Of a stretch of 64,000 bases of DNA, positions 11,078 through 24,591 are shown in pieces. The position numbers were made by a program, and so were the translations under genes. Each line of letters begins with the position of its first letter. Within the stretch, counting starts at the first letter, position 1. Location of the stretch: the NCBI RefSeq assembly GCF_054482595.1, contig NZ_CM137008.1; one strand, 5' to 3'. The notes below the pieces were generated by a model. It was not told the origin of the DNA. It saw only the letters and a list, made by a program, of their open reading frames with translations, and did no database searches.

Positions 11078-11986
11078 ATGGATCAAAAACGACTTACTCA
11101 CCTGCGGCAACTGGAGGCGGAAAGCATCCACATTATTCGCGAGGTGGCGGCAGAATTCTCAAATCCGGTGATGCTCTACTCTATCGGTAAAGATTCCAGC
11201 GTCATGCTGCATCTGGCGCGCAAGGCGTTTTATCCAGGTACGCTGCCTTTCCCGTTGCTGCATGTTGATACCGGCTGGAAATTCCGCGAGATGTATGAGT
11301 TCCGCGATCGTACTGCTAAAGCCTACGGCTGCGAGCTGCTGGTGCATAAAAACCCGGAAGGCGTGGCGATGGGGATTAATCCATTCATACACGGCAGCGC
11401 GAAACATACCGATATTATGAAAACTGAAGGCCTGAAACAGGCCCTGAACAAATACGGTTTTGATGCCGCCTTCGGTGGTGCGCGCCGTGACGAAGAGAAA
11501 TCCCGCGCAAAAGAGCGAATCTACTCTTTCCGTGACCGCTTCCATCGCTGGGATCCGAAAAATCAGCGCCCGGAGCTGTGGCACAACTACAACGGGCAAA
11601 TTAACAAAGGCGAAAGCATCCGCGTCTTCCCGCTCTCTAACTGGACCGAGCAGGATATCTGGCAATACATCTGGCTGGAAAATATCGACATTGTGCCGCT
11701 GTATCTCGCTGCGGAACGTCCGGTTCTGGAACGCGACGGTATGTTGATGATGATTGATGACAACCGTATCGACCTGCAACCGGGCGAAGTGATCAAAAAA
11801 CGGATGGTGCGTTTCCGTACGCTGGGCTGCTGGCCGCTGACCGGTGCGGTGGAGTCAAATGCACAAACACTGCCGGAAATCATCGAAGAGATGCTGGTTT
11901 CCACCACCAGTGAACGTCAGGGTCGCGTGATTGACCGCGACCAGGCTGGTTCTATGGAGCTGAAAAAACGTCAGGGGTATTTTTAA
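11078..11986 (+). CDS. cysD: Sulfate adenylyltransferase subunit 2 (302 aa)
   Basis: 302-aa ORF, PAPS-reductase-like fold; cysDNC operon order. Confidence 0.95.
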   Translation: MDQKRLTHLRQLEAESIHIIREVAAEFSNPVMLYSIGKDSSVMLHLARKAFYPGTLPFPLLHVDTGWKFREMYEFRDRTAKAYGCELLVHKNPEGVAMGINPFIHGSAKHTDIMKTEGLKQALNKYGFDAAFGGARRDEEKSRAKERIYSFRDRFHRWDPKNQRPELWHNYNGQINKGESIRVFPLSNWTEQDIWQYIWLENIDIVPLYLAAERPVLERDGMLMMIDDNRIDLQPGEVIKKRMVRFRTLGCWPLTGAVESNAQTLPEIIEEMLVSTTSERQGRVIDRDQAGSMELKKRQGYF

Positions 11987-11987
11987 G

Positions 11988-13415
11988 ATGAACACCGCAC
12001 TTGCACAACAAATCGCCAATGAAGGCGGCGTCGAAGCCTGGATGATTGCGCAACAACATAAAAGCCTGCTGCGTTTTCTGACCTGTGGTAGCGTCGATGA
12101 CGGCAAAAGTACCCTGATTGGTCGTCTGCTGCACGATACCCGCCAAATCTATGAAGATCAGCTCTCATCGCTGCATAACGACAGCAAACGACACGGTACC
12201 CAGGGCGAGAAACTGGATTTGGCGTTGCTGGTGGATGGCCTGCAAGCTGAACGCGAACAGGGTATTACTATCGACGTGGCTTACCGTTATTTCTCTACCG
12301 AGAAGCGTAAATTTATTATCGCCGACACCCCCGGGCACGAGCAGTATACCCGCAATATGGCGACCGGCGCCTCAACGTGTGAGCTGGCGATCTTATTGAT
12401 CGACGCCCGTAAAGGCGTGCTCGATCAAACCCGTCGTCACAGTTTTATCTCCACGCTGCTGGGGATCAAACATCTGGTCGTAGCGATCAACAAAATGGAT
12501 CTGGTGGATTACAGTGAAGAGACATTCACCCGCATTCGTGAAGACTACCTGACTTTCGCCGAACAGTTACCTGGCAATCTGGATATTCGCTTTGTGCCGC
12601 TCTCTGCGCTGGAAGGCGACAACGTGGCTTCGCAAAGTGAAAGTATGCCGTGGTACAGCGGTCCGACACTGCTCGAAGTGCTGGAAACCGTGGAGATCCA
12701 GCGAGTGGTGGATGTCCAGCCAATGCGCTTCCCAGTGCAGTACGTTAACCGCCCAAATCTCGATTTTCGTGGCTACGCCGGAACGCTGGCATCCGGTCGC
12801 GTGGAAGTCGGGCAACGTGTAAAAGTGCTGCCCTCTGGTGTGGAATCAAACGTCGCGCGGATCGTGACTTTTGATGGTGATCGCGAAGAAGCCTTTGCCG
12901 GAGAAGCGATCACCCTGGTGCTGACGGATGAGATCGACATCAGCCGTGGCGATCTGCTGCTGGCGGCAGACGAAGCGTTACCAGCTGTGCAGAGCGCGTC
13001 GGTGGATGTGGTATGGATGGCGGAACAGCCGCTTTCCCCGGGCCAGAGTTATGACATCAAAATTGCCGGTAAGAAGACGCGTGCTCGTGTTGATGGCATT
13101 CGTTATCAGGTTGATATTAATAACCTTACCCAACGCGAAGTTGAAAACCTGCCGCTGAACGGCATCGGCCTGGTGGATCTCACTTTTGACGAGCCACTGG
13201 TGTTAGATCGTTATCAGCAAAACCCGGTTACCGGTGGGCTGATTTTTATCGATCGCCTGAGCAATGTGACCGTAGGTGCCGGTATGGTGCATGAGCCAGT
13301 TAGCCAGGCAACTGCTGCGCCATCTGAATTTAGTGCATTCGAACTGGAATTGAATGCCCTGGTTCGCCGCCACTTTCCACACTGGGGCGCGCGCGATTTG
13401 CTGGGGGATAAATAA
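11988..13415 (+). CDS. cysN: Sulfate adenylyltransferase subunit 1, GTPase (475 aa)
   Basis: 475-aa ORF with GTPase motifs ([18 protein letters not shown]). Confidence 0.95.
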
Positions 13416-14020
13416 TGGCGCTGCATGACGAAAACGTCGTCTGGCATAGCCATCCGGTCACTGTGCAACAACGCGAGCTACACCACGGTCATCGTGGTGT
13501 AGTGCTGTGGTTTACCGGCCTCTCCGGGTCCGGTAAATCAACGGTCGCCGGGGCGCTGGAGGAGGCGTTACATAAACTCGGCGTTAGTACGTATCTGCTG
13601 GATGGCGATAATGTTCGCCACGGATTATGCAGCGATCTCGGTTTTAGCGATGCCGATCGTAAAGAGAATATCCGTCGCGTCGGTGAAGTGGCGAATTTGA
13701 TGGTTGAAGCCGGACTGGTGGTGCTGACCGCATTTATCTCGCCACACCGCGCCGAACGCCAGATGGTTCGCGAACGCGTAGGAGAAGGGCGCTTTATCGA
13801 AGTGTTTGTCGATACGCCGCTGGCGATTTGCGAAGCCCGCGATCCAAAAGGCTTATATAAGAAAGCGCGTGCCGGTGAACTGCGCAACTTTACGGGAATA
13901 GATTCCGTTTACGAAGCGCCTGAATCGGCAGAAATTCATCTCAATGGTGAACAATTAGTAACAAATTTGGTACAGCAATTATTAGATCTGTTGAGACAGA
14001 ACGATATTATCAGATCCTGA
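13415..14020 (+). CDS. cysC: Adenylylsulfate (APS) kinase (201 aa)
   Basis: 201-aa ORF with P-loop GLSGSGKST. Confidence 0.95.
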
Positions 14021-14069
14021 GACACCACCGGGTTTCCATGCCCGGTTCGTCAAAGTAACAGGATCAAAT

Positions 14070-14393
14070 ATGCGTAATAGCCATAACATTACACTAACAA
14101 ATAACGACAGCCTTACTGAGGATGAAGAAACCACATGGTCACTGCCTGGTGCCGTGGTCGGTTTTATCTCCTGGTTATTTGCGCTGGCGATGCCGATGTT
14201 GATTTATGGCTCTAACACGCTGTTCTTCTTTATCTACACCTGGCCTTTCTTTCTGGCACTGATGCCTGTCGCGGTAGTGGTGGGGATTGCGCTGCATTCA
14301 TTGATGGACGGAAAGCTACGCTACAGTATTGTTTTCACCCTGATGACAGTAGGCATTATGTTTGGCGCACTGTTTATGTGGCTACTGGGCTAA
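14070..14393 (+). CDS. ygbE: Small inner-membrane protein YgbE (107 aa)
   Basis: 107-aa hydrophobic ORF at conserved position. Confidence 0.8.
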   Translation: MRNSHNITLTNNDSLTEDEETTWSLPGAVVGFISWLFALAMPMLIYGSNTLFFFIYTWPFFLALMPVAVVVGIALHSLMDGKLRYSIVFTLMTVGIMFGALFMWLLG

Positions 14394-14586
14394 TTTGTAC
14401 TTTCCCGTCTCCTCTGTTCATAATTCAAACCGTAACTAATAATGAGATTATGTTCTGCACGCCCTGGGTATACGTAACAATGGACAAATGTGGTACATTT
14501 GCCCGCGTTGTCGCGGTATCCCCAACAGAGGATGTAGAGTCGTCTTCGGATGCATGGGATGATGATGCCGTTTTTCAGGGGGCAGG

Positions 14587-14898
14587 ATGGGTAAACTAAC
14601 GCTGCTGTTGCTGGCTATTCTGGTCTGGCTACAGTATTCGCTGTGGTTCGGTAAGAACGGTATACATGACTATACCCGCGTCAATGATGATGTGGCGGCA
14701 CAGCAAGCTACAAACGCGAAACTTAAAGCGCGAAACGATCAACTTTTTGCCGAAATTGACGATCTCAATGGCGGCCAGGAGGCGCTCGAAGAGCGTGCGC
14801 GTAATGAACTCAGCATGACCAGGCCGGGCGAAACTTTTTATCGTCTGGTACCTGACGCGTCGAAGCGCGCACAGTCTGCGGGGCAAAACAATCGATAA
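14587..14898 (+). CDS. ftsB: Cell division protein FtsB (103 aa)
   Basis: 103-aa ORF, N-terminal TM segment then coiled-coil. Confidence 0.9.
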
Positions 14899-14916
14899 AT
14901 CAGCCCGGGAATTAAC

Positions 14917-15627
14917 ATGGCAACCACTCATTTGGATGTTTGCGCCGTGGTTCCGGCGGCCGGATTTGGCCGTCGAATGCAAACGGAATGTCCTAAGCAA
15001 TATCTCTCAATCGGTAATCAAACCATTCTTGAACACTCGGTGCATGCGCTGCTGGCGCATCCCCGGGTGAAACGTGTCGTCATTGCCATAAGTCCTGGCG
15101 ATAGCCGTTTTGCACAACTTCCTCTGGCGAATCATCCGCAAATCACCGTTGTAGATGGCGGTGATGAGCGTGCCGATTCCGTGCTGGCAGGTTTGAAAGC
15201 CGCTGGCGACGCGCAGTGGGTATTGGTGCATGACGCCGCTCGTCCTTGTCTGCATCAGGATGACCTCGCGCGATTGTTGGCGTTGAGCGAAACCAGCCGC
15301 ACGGGAGGGATCCTAGCAGCACCAGTGCGCGATACTATGAAACGTGCCGAACCGGGCAAAAATGCCATTGCTCATACCGTTGATCGCAACGGCTTATGGC
15401 ACGCGCTGACGCCGCAATTTTTCCCTCGTGAGCTGTTACATGACTGTCTGACGCGCGCTCTAAATGAAGGCGCGACTATTACCGACGAAGCCTCGGCGCT
15501 GGAATATTGCGGATTCCATCCTCAGTTGGTCGAAGGCCGTGCGGATAACATTAAAGTCACGCGCCCGGAGGATTTGGCACTGGCCGAGTTTTACCTCACC
15601 CGAACCATCCATCAGGAGAATACATAA
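14917..15627 (+). CDS. ispD: 2-C-methyl-D-erythritol 4-phosphate cytidylyltransferase (236 aa)
   Basis: 236-aa ORF, synteny. Confidence 0.93.
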
Positions 15628-16106
15628 TGCGAATTGGACACGGTTTTGACGTACACGCCTTTGGCGGTGAAGGCCCAATTATCATTGGTGGCGTACGCAT
15701 TCCTTACGAAAAAGGATTGCTGGCGCATTCTGATGGCGACGTGGCGCTCCATGCGTTGACCGATGCATTGCTTGGCGCGGCGGCGCTGGGGGATATCGGC
15801 AAACTGTTCCCGGATACCGATCCGGCATTTAAAGGTGCCGATAGCCGCGAGCTGCTACGCGAAGCCTGGCGTCGTATTCAGGCGAAGGGTTATACCCTTG
15901 GCAACGTCGATGTCACTATCATAGCTCAGGCACCGAAGATGTTGCCGCACATTCCACAAATGCGCGTGTTTATTGCCGAAGATCTCGGCTGCCATATGGA
16001 TGATGTTAACGTGAAAGCCACTACTACGGAAAAACTTGGATTTACCGGACGTGGGGAAGGGATTGCCTGTGAAGCGGTGGCGCTACTCATTAAGGCAACA
16101 AAATGA
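15627..16106 (+). CDS. ispF: 2-C-methyl-D-erythritol 2,4-cyclodiphosphate synthase (159 aa)
   Basis: 159-aa [16 protein letters not shown] motif. Confidence 0.95.
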
Positions 16107-17132
16107 TTGAGTTTGATAATCTCACTTACCTCCACGGTAAACCGCAAGGCACCGGGCTGCTGAAAGCCAATCCGGAAGACTTTGTGGTGGTGGAAGATTT
16201 GGGCTTTGAGCCTGATGGTGAAGGTGAGCATATTCTGGTTAGAATCCTCAAAAACGGCTGCAATACCCGTTTTGTGGCGGATGCACTGGCGAAATTCCTG
16301 AAAATTCATGCCCGTGAAGTCAGCTTTGCTGGGCAAAAAGACAAACATGCTGTTACAGAACAGTGGTTATGCGCTCGCGTGCCGGGCAAGGAAATGCCCG
16401 ATCTGAGCGCCTTTCAATTGGAAGGCTGCCAGGTACTGGAGTATGCGCGGCACAAGCGCAAGCTGCGTTTAGGGGCGCTGAAAGGTAACGCCTTTACCCT
16501 GGTTCTGCGCGAAGTGAGCAATCGCGATGACGTTGAACAACGTCTGATCGATATTTGCGTAAAAGGTGTACCGAACTACTTCGGTGCCCAACGTTTTGGG
16601 ATTGGCGGTAGCAACTTGCAGGGCGCGCTGCGCTGGGCGCAAACCAATACTCCGGTGCGCGATCGCAATAAACGGAGTTTTTGGTTGTCGGCAGCCCGCA
16701 GTGCGTTGTTTAATCAGATTGTTGCTGAGCGCCTCAAAAAAGCAGACGTTAATCAAGTTGTTGACGGCGATGCGCTACAATTAGCCGGACGTGGTAGCTG
16801 GTTTGTAGCAACCACCGAAGAATTGGCGGAATTACAGCGTCGCGTCAACGATAAAGAGCTGATGATAACCGCCGCATTGCCGGGCAGTGGCGAATGGGGA
16901 ACTCAGCGTGAAGCGCTGGCATTCGAACAAGCAGCTGTCGCCGCAGAAACTGAATTACAAGCTTTACTGGTGCGCGAAAAAGTTGAAGCCGCGCGCAGAG
17001 CGATGCTGCTGTATCCGCAACAATTAAGCTGGAATTGGTGGGATGACGTCACCGTAGAGATCCGTTTCTGGCTTCCGGCGGGTAGTTTTGCAACCAGCGT
17101 TGTCAGGGAACTTATCAACACAACAGGTGATT

Positions 17133-17152
<20 letters not shown>
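16103..17152 (+). CDS. truD: tRNA pseudouridine-13 synthase (349 aa)
   Basis: 349-aa ORF, synteny. Confidence 0.92.
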
Positions 17153-18514
<1,362 letters not shown>

Positions 18515-18653
18515 AACGTGAGGAAATACCTGGATTTTTCCTGGTTATTTTGCCGCAGGTCAGCGTATCGTGAACATCTTTTCCAGTGTTCAGTATGGTG
18601 CCTTGCACGGTAATTATGTCACTGGTTATTAACCAATTTTTCCTGGGGGATAA

Positions 18654-19793
18654 ATGAGCGCGGGAAGCCCAAAATTCACCGTTCGCCGCATTGCGGCTTT
18701 GTCACTGGTTTCGCTATGGCTGGCAGGCTGTTCTGACACTTCAAATCCACCGGCACCGGTCAGCTCCGTTAATGGCAATGCGCCTGCAAATACCAATTCT
18801 GGTATGTTGATTACGCCGCCGCCGAAAATGGGGACGACGTCTACAGCGCAGCAACCGCAAATTCAGCCGGTACAGCAGCCACAAATTCAGGCTACTCAAC
18901 AACCGCAAATCCAGCCAGTGCAGCCAGTAGCTCAGCAGCCGGTACAGATGGAAAACGGACGAATCGTCTACAACCGTCAGTATGGGAACATTCCGAAAGG
19001 CAGTTATAGCGGCAGTACATACACCGTGAAAAAAGGCGACACACTTTTCTATATCGCCTGGATTACTGGCAACGATTTCCGTGACCTTGCTCAGCGCAAC
19101 AATATTCAGGCACCATACGCGCTGAACGTTGGTCAGACCTTACAGGTGGGGAATGCTTCCGGTACGCCAATCACTGGCGGAAATGCCATTACCCAGGCCG
19201 ACGCAGCAGAGCAAGGAGTTGTGATCAAGCCTGCACAAAATTCCACCGTTGCTGTTGCGTCGCAACCGACAATTACGTATTCTGAGTCTTCGGGTGAACA
19301 GAGTGCTAACAAAATGTTGCCGAACAACAAGCCAACTGCGACCACGGTCACAGCGCCTGTAACGGTACCAACAGCAAGCACAACCGAGCCGACTGTCAGC
19401 AGTACATCAACCAGTACGCCTATCTCCACCTGGCGCTGGCCGACTGAGGGCAAAGTGATCGAAACCTTTGGCGCTTCTGAGGGGGGCAACAAGGGGATTG
19501 ATATCGCAGGCAGCAAAGGACAGGCAATTATCGCGACCGCAGATGGCCGCGTTGTTTATGCTGGTAACGCGCTGCGCGGCTACGGTAATCTGATTATCAT
19601 CAAACATAATGATGATTACCTGAGTGCCTACGCCCATAACGACACAATGCTGGTCCGGGAACAACAAGAAGTGAAGGCGGGGCAAAAAATAGCAACCATG
19701 GGTAGCACCGGAACCAGTTCAACACGCTTGCATTTTGAAATTCGTTACAAGGGGAAATCCGTAAACCCGCTGCGTTATTTGCCGCAGCGATAA
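18654..19793 (+). CDS. nlpD: Murein hydrolase activator lipoprotein NlpD (379 aa); by K-12 analogy the rpoS promoter lies within this gene
   Basis: 379-aa ORF with lipobox LAGCS, Pro/Gln-rich repeats, LysM and M23-like C-terminus. Confidence 0.95.
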   Translation: MSAGSPKFTVRRIAALSLVSLWLAGCSDTSNPPAPVSSVNGNAPANTNSGMLITPPPKMGTTSTAQQPQIQPVQQPQIQATQQPQIQPVQPVAQQPVQMENGRIVYNRQYGNIPKGSYSGSTYTVKKGDTLFYIAWITGNDFRDLAQRNNIQAPYALNVGQTLQVGNASGTPITGGNAITQADAAEQGVVIKPAQNSTVAVASQPTITYSESSGEQSANKMLPNNKPTATTVTAPVTVPTASTTEPTVSSTSTSTPISTWRWPTEGKVIETFGASEGGNKGIDIAGSKGQAIIATADGRVVYAGNALRGYGNLIIIKHNDDYLSAYAHNDTMLVREQQEVKAGQKIATMGSTGTSSTRLHFEIRYKGKSVNPLRYLPQR

Positions 19794-19855
19794 ATCGGCG
19801 GAACCAGGCTTTTGCTTGAATGTTCCGTCAAGGGATCACGGGTAGGAGCCACCTT

Positions 19856-20848
19856 ATGAGTCAGAATACGCTGAAAGTTCATGATTTAAATGAAGATGCG
19901 GAATTTGATGAGAACGGAGTTGAGGTTTTTGACGAAAAGGCCTTAGTAGAAGAGGAACCCAGTGATAACGATTTGGCCGAAGAGGAACTGTTATCGCAGG
20001 GAGCCACACAGCGTGTGTTGGACGCGACTCAGCTTTACCTTGGTGAGATTGGTTATTCACCACTGTTAACGGCCGAAGAAGAAGTTTATTTTGCGCGTCG
20101 CGCACTGCGTGGAGATGTCGCCTCTCGCCGCCGGATGATCGAGAGTAACTTGCGTCTGGTGGTAAAAATTGCCCGCCGTTATGGCAATCGTGGTCTGGCG
20201 TTGCTGGACCTTATCGAAGAGGGCAACCTGGGGCTGATCCGCGCGGTAGAGAAGTTTGACCCGGAACGTGGTTTCCGCTTCTCAACATACGCAACCTGGT
20301 GGATTCGCCAGACGATTGAACGGGCGATTATGAACCAAACCCGTACTATTCGTTTGCCGATTCACATCGTAAAGGAGCTGAACGTTTACCTGCGAACCGC
20401 ACGTGAGTTGTCCCATAAGCTGGACCATGAACCAAGTGCGGAAGAGATCGCAGAGCAACTGGATAAGCCAGTTGATGACGTCAGCCGTATGCTTCGTCTT
20501 AACGAGCGCATTACCTCGGTAGACACCCCGCTGGGTGGTGATTCCGAAAAAGCGTTGCTGGACATCCTGGCCGATGAAAAAGAGAACGGTCCGGAAGATA
20601 CCACGCAAGATGACGATATGAAGCAGAGCATCGTCAAATGGCTGTTCGAGCTGAACGCCAAACAGCGTGAAGTACTGGCACGTCGATTCGGTTTGCTGGG
20701 GTACGAAGCGGCAACACTGGAAGATGTAGGTCGTGAAATTGGCCTCACCCGTGAACGTGTTCGCCAGATTCAGGTTGAAGGCCTGCGCCGTTTGCGCGAA
20801 ATCCTGCAAACGCAGGGGCTGAATATCGAAGCGCTGTTCCGCGAATAA
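19856..20848 (+). CDS. rpoS: RNA polymerase sigma S (330 aa), intact
   Basis: [24 protein letters not shown]... full-length with no internal stop. Confidence 0.97.
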   Translation: MSQNTLKVHDLNEDAEFDENGVEVFDEKALVEEEPSDNDLAEEELLSQGATQRVLDATQLYLGEIGYSPLLTAEEEVYFARRALRGDVASRRRMIESNLRLVVKIARRYGNRGLALLDLIEEGNLGLIRAVEKFDPERGFRFSTYATWWIRQTIERAIMNQTRTIRLPIHIVKELNVYLRTARELSHKLDHEPSAEEIAEQLDKPVDDVSRMLRLNERITSVDTPLGGDSEKALLDILADEKENGPEDTTQDDDMKQSIVKWLFELNAKQREVLARRFGLLGYEAATLEDVGREIGLTRERVRQIQVEGLRRLREILQTQGLNIEALFRE

Positions 20849-20863
20849 GTAAGCATCTGTCAG

Positions 20864-20898
20864 AAAGGCCAGTCTCAAGCGAGGCTGGCCTTTTTCTT
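20864..20898 (+). terminator. Rho-independent terminator after rpoS
   Basis: GC hairpin GGCCAG...CTGGCC followed by TTTTTCTTTT. Confidence 0.8.
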
Positions 20899-20967
20899 TT
20901 GTTTGGGAAGCTTGTGTTTTTGTCGCCTGGATAAGACACGTCAGCGTCCTACCCGGCAATTTGCATC

Positions 20968-21375
20968 CTATGTGTTCATCATCTTGCGCACCAGCTGCAC
21001 AAACAGCTCCTGCTCTTCTGCACTCAAACGCCCCAAAAATTCCTCATCCACGCTGTCACCAATCGGTATCGCCGCAGCAAGTATCTTTTCTCCTTCGGCA
21101 GTCAGCCAGACAAAGCGACGCCGCTTGTCAGCGGCATCATGTTCACGTCTGACTAAGCCACGATTCTCCATTCTTGCCAACATTTCTGCCAACGTTGCTT
21201 TGGTGCTGACTGCTGCTTCTATCAGTGCCACCTGTTCGATACCAGGCTTATCAGCAATGGCGCGCATCACCGCATACTGTGGTTTGGTCAGGTCAGGTAA
21301 CTCGTGCTGCCAGCGAGCCGTGTGCTGCTGAAAAAGCTGTCGTAACTGATGGAACGCTTTATTTCGTAACGCCAT
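20968..21375 (-). CDS. hosA: MarR/SlyA-family transcriptional regulator (135 aa from MALRNK...)
   Basis: Winged-helix MarR-like sequence; divergent from the UbiX/UbiD cassette, as in the O157-type rpoS-mutS region. Confidence 0.8.
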   Translation of the reverse strand: MALRNKAFHQLRQLFQQHTARWQHELPDLTKPQYAVMRAIADKPGIEQVALIEAAVSTKATLAEMLARMENRGLVRREHDAADKRRRFVWLTAEGEKILAAAIPIGDSVDEEFLGRLSAEEQELFVQLVRKMMNT

Positions 21376-21521
21376 GTAAACTCCGGGCAAACTATCTGCC
21401 GCTATCATAGCGGTTTTTCAGTGACGAAGGGGATGTTGTTACTTTTCAGTGCTTGCCGCAATGAGAACAGAGGCGTATTTTAATAATAACGTTCGTATAC
21501 GAACAATTAAGAGAGTAAGCA

Positions 21522-22115
21522 ATGAAACTGATCGTCGGTATGACAGGGGCTACCGGTGCGCCTCTTGGTGTGGCATTACTGCAAGCGCTGCGGGAGATGC
21601 CGAATGTCGAGACTCATCTGGTGATGTCGAAGTGGGCGAAAACCACCATTGAACTGGAAACGCCTTACAGCGCCCGCGATGTTGCTGCCCTCGCTGACTT
21701 CAGCCATAACCCGGCGGATCAGGCGGCGACCATCTCCTCAGGTTCCTTTCGTACCGACGGCATGATCGTTATTCCGTGCAGTATGAAAACGCTCGCCGGT
21801 ATCCGCGCTGGTTACGCTGATGGCCTGGTAGGGCGCGCGGCGGACGTCGTGCTCAAAGAAGGCCGCAAACTGGTGCTGGTGCCGCGTGAAATGCCGCTTA
21901 GCACCATCCATCTCGAAAATATGCTCGCACTTTCACGCATGGGCGTGGCGATGGTGCCGCCGATGCCTGCCTTTTATAACCATCCCGAAACGGTAGATGA
22001 CATTGTCCACCATGTAGTAGCCCGCGTGCTGGATCAATTTGGCCTCGAACATCCCCACGCCAGGCGCTGGCAAGGATTGCCGCAGGTCCGGAATTTTTAT
22101 CAGGAGAATGAATAA
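21522..22115 (+). CDS. ecdB: UbiX-like flavin prenyltransferase, decarboxylase B subunit (197 aa)
   Basis: MKLIVGMTGATGAPLGVALLQAL... UbiX/Pad1 family. Confidence 0.88.
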   Translation: MKLIVGMTGATGAPLGVALLQALREMPNVETHLVMSKWAKTTIELETPYSARDVAALADFSHNPADQAATISSGSFRTDGMIVIPCSMKTLAGIRAGYADGLVGRAADVVLKEGRKLVLVPREMPLSTIHLENMLALSRMGVAMVPPMPAFYNHPETVDDIVHHVVARVLDQFGLEHPHARRWQGLPQVRNFYQENE

Positions 22116-23542
22116 TGGCATTTGATGATTTACGCAGCTTTTTACAGGCGCTTGATGACCACGGCCAGTTACTGAAAATCAGCGAAGAGGTGAACGCGGA
22201 ACCGGATCTGGCTGCCGCTGCCAACGCCACCGGGCGTATCGGCGATGGTGCACCGGCGCTGTGGTTTGATAATATTCGCGGTTTTACCGATGCCCGCGTG
22301 GCGATGAATACCATCGGTTCCTGGCAGAACCACGCGATTTCCCTGGGCCTGCCGCCAAACACCCCGGTTAAAAAACAGATTGATGAGTTTATCCGCCGCT
22401 GGGATAACTTCCCGATCGCCCCGGAGCGCCGCGCCAATCCAGCCTGGGCGCAGAACACCGTCGATGGTGACGAGATTAATCTGTTCGATATCCTGCCGCT
22501 GTTTCGTTTAAACGACGGTGATGGCGGTTTCTATCTCGACAAAGCGTGCGTGGTTTCCCGCGATCCGCTCGACCCGGATAACTTCGGCAAGCAGAACGTC
22601 GGCATCTACCGCATGGAAGTGAAGGGCAAGCGTAAGCTCGGCCTGCAACCGGTGCCGATGCACGATATCGCCCTGCATCTGCATAAAGCAGAAGAGCGCG
22701 GTGAAGATCTACCTATTGCGATCACGCTCGGTAACGATCCGATCATCACGCTGATGGGCGCAACGCCACTGAAATACGATCAGTCTGAGTATGAAATGGC
22801 AGGCGCGCTGCGTGAAAGCCCGTACCCGATCGCCACCGCCCCGCTGACCGGTTTTGATGTGCCGTGGGGTTCAGAAGTGATCCTCGAAGGGGTCATCGAA
22901 AGCCGTAAACGCGAAATTGAAGGGCCGTTCGGTGAGTTTACCGGACACTACTCCGGCGGGCGTAACATGACCGTGGTGCGCATCGATAAAGTCTCTTACC
23001 GCACCAGGCCGATTTTCGAATCGCTGTACCTCGGCATGCCGTGGACCGAAATCGACTACCTGATGGGGCCAGCCACCTGTGTGCCGCTGTATCAGCAACT
23101 TAAAGCCGAGTTCCCGGAAGTACAGGCGGTGAACGCCATGTACACCCACGGCCTGCTGGCGATTATCTCCACCAAAAAACGCTACGGCGGCTTTGCCCGC
23201 GCGGTGGGCCTGCGTGCGATGACCACGCCGCACGGTCTGGGCTACGTAAAGATGGTGATTATGGTCGATGAAGACGTTGACCCGTTCAACCTGCCGCAGG
23301 TGATGTGGGCGCTCTCCTCGAAAGTAAATCCGGCAGGGGATTTGGTGCAGTTGCCGAATATGTCCGTGCTGGAACTCGACCCTGGCTCAAGCCCGGCGGG
23401 GATCACCGACAAGCTGATTATCGACGCCACCACGCCTGTCGCCCCGGACAACCGTGGTCACTACAGCCAGCCGGTGGTGGATTTGCCGGAAACCAAAGCC
23501 TGGGCTGAAAAACTGACCGCTATGCTGGCCGCACGTAAATAA
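22115..23542 (+). CDS. ecdC: UbiD-family (hydroxy)aromatic acid decarboxylase, C subunit (475 aa)
   Basis: 475-aa UbiD-like ORF translationally coupled to the UbiX-like gene. Confidence 0.88.
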   Translation: MAFDDLRSFLQALDDHGQLLKISEEVNAEPDLAAAANATGRIGDGAPALWFDNIRGFTDARVAMNTIGSWQNHAISLGLPPNTPVKKQIDEFIRRWDNFPIAPERRANPAWAQNTVDGDEINLFDILPLFRLNDGDGGFYLDKACVVSRDPLDPDNFGKQNVGIYRMEVKGKRKLGLQPVPMHDIALHLHKAEERGEDLPIAITLGNDPIITLMGATPLKYDQSEYEMAGALRESPYPIATAPLTGFDVPWGSEVILEGVIESRKREIEGPFGEFTGHYSGGRNMTVVRIDKVSYRTRPIFESLYLGMPWTEIDYLMGPATCVPLYQQLKAEFPEVQAVNAMYTHGLLAIISTKKRYGGFARAVGLRAMTTPHGLGYVKMVIMVDEDVDPFNLPQVMWALSSKVNPAGDLVQLPNMSVLELDPGSSPAGITDKLIIDATTPVAPDNRGHYSQPVVDLPETKAWAEKLTAMLAARK

Positions 23543-23552
23543 GGAGAACAAG

Positions 23553-23789
23553 ATGATTTGTCCACGTTGTGCCGATGAACAGATTGAAGTGATGGCGAAA
23601 TCGCCGGTGAAAGATGTCTGGACGGTATATCAGTGCCAGCATTGCCTTTATACCTGGCGCGATACCGAACCGCTGCGCCGTACCAGCCGCGAACATTATC
23701 CCGAAGCGTTCCGCATGACGCAGAAAGATATTGATGACGCGCCAATGGTGCCGAGCATCCCGCCGCTGCTGGCGGAAGGTAAGCGCTAA
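23553..23789 (+). CDS. ecdD: Small D subunit of the UbiD/UbiX-type decarboxylase (78 aa), Cys-rich
   Basis: 78-aa ORF with CPRC...CQHC motifs directly downstream of the UbiD-like gene. Confidence 0.75.
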   Translation: MICPRCADEQIEVMAKSPVKDVWTVYQCQHCLYTWRDTEPLRRTSREHYPEAFRMTQKDIDDAPMVPSIPPLLAEGKR

Positions 23790-23797
23790 TAAAAAGT

Positions 23798-23825
23798 GCC
23801 GGGTAGTGGCTTTGCTTTACCCGGC
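23798..23825. terminator. Hairpin between convergent ecdD and pphB, probably a terminator
   Basis: GCCGGGTAG...CTACCCGGC inverted repeat flanked by A/T runs. Confidence 0.55.
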
Positions 23826-23829
23826 CTCA

Positions 23830-24486
23830 TTACTTTATTTTATAAAATGACAGCCGCCCGCTTTTCGGCGATCCGGTATCAATATAAATCTGGTTAGCGA
23901 ACGTCTGAATGTTATCAAACATCATATGTCCAAATATAAAATAATCAGCGCCGTTTATTTGTTGTAACTCGCCATTAAGCGATTTCTGCACACGATCAAC
24001 AGGCCAGAGTAATTCGCTCTCCGCTATTTCTTTACCAAAGAGATATTCACTCCCCGGATAATCTGCATGTGCGATGACATATTTTATGTTGTCGTTAGTG
24101 ATTTCAATAATATGTGGAAGGTGATGGAATTTCAGCAACAGATCTGTAGCTTCTTTTTGCTCTGAATCATTTAAATCGAAAAACCAGTCACCACCGCTGG
24201 CAAGCCACATATTGCCATCGCCGGTCGCGAACGCATCCAGCGCCATTGCTTCGTGGTTGCCTTTAACGGAGATAAACCAGGGCTGGTTTAGCAGGCGCAG
24301 GACGTTAAGACTCTCCGGCCCACGATCAATATTATCGCCGACAGAAATAAGTAAGTCGGTTTCGGGGAAAAAAGAGAGTTGATGTAAGCGGGATTGTAAT
24401 AACTGATATTCACCATGAATATCACCAACGACCCATATATGGCGATAGTGATGGGCATTGATTTTTTGATAGCGTGTAGATGGCAT
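23830..24486 (-). CDS. pphB: Serine/threonine protein phosphatase 2 (218 aa)
   Basis: 218-aa ORF with metallophosphatase motifs (GDIHG, GDNIDRG, GNHE). Confidence 0.92.
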   Translation of the reverse strand: MPSTRYQKINAHHYRHIWVVGDIHGEYQLLQSRLHQLSFFPETDLLISVGDNIDRGPESLNVLRLLNQPWFISVKGNHEAMALDAFATGDGNMWLASGGDWFFDLNDSEQKEATDLLLKFHHLPHIIEITNDNIKYVIAHADYPGSEYLFGKEIAESELLWPVDRVQKSLNGELQQINGADYFIFGHMMFDNIQTFANQIYIDTGSPKSGRLSFYKIK

Positions 24487-24591
24487 GGTTTTACCCTGTA
24501 AAATAAGCTTTCCTATTATACAGGGTATTTTTATTTGATTCGTCAGTTATCGTTAATATTCCCGATAGCAAAAGACTATCGGGAATTATTA

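Noticed and set aside
20282-20959. 225-aa minus-strand ORF overlapping the rpoS 3' half and terminator
   Set aside because: Antisense to intact rpoS and runs through the rpoS terminator hairpin; no independent support.
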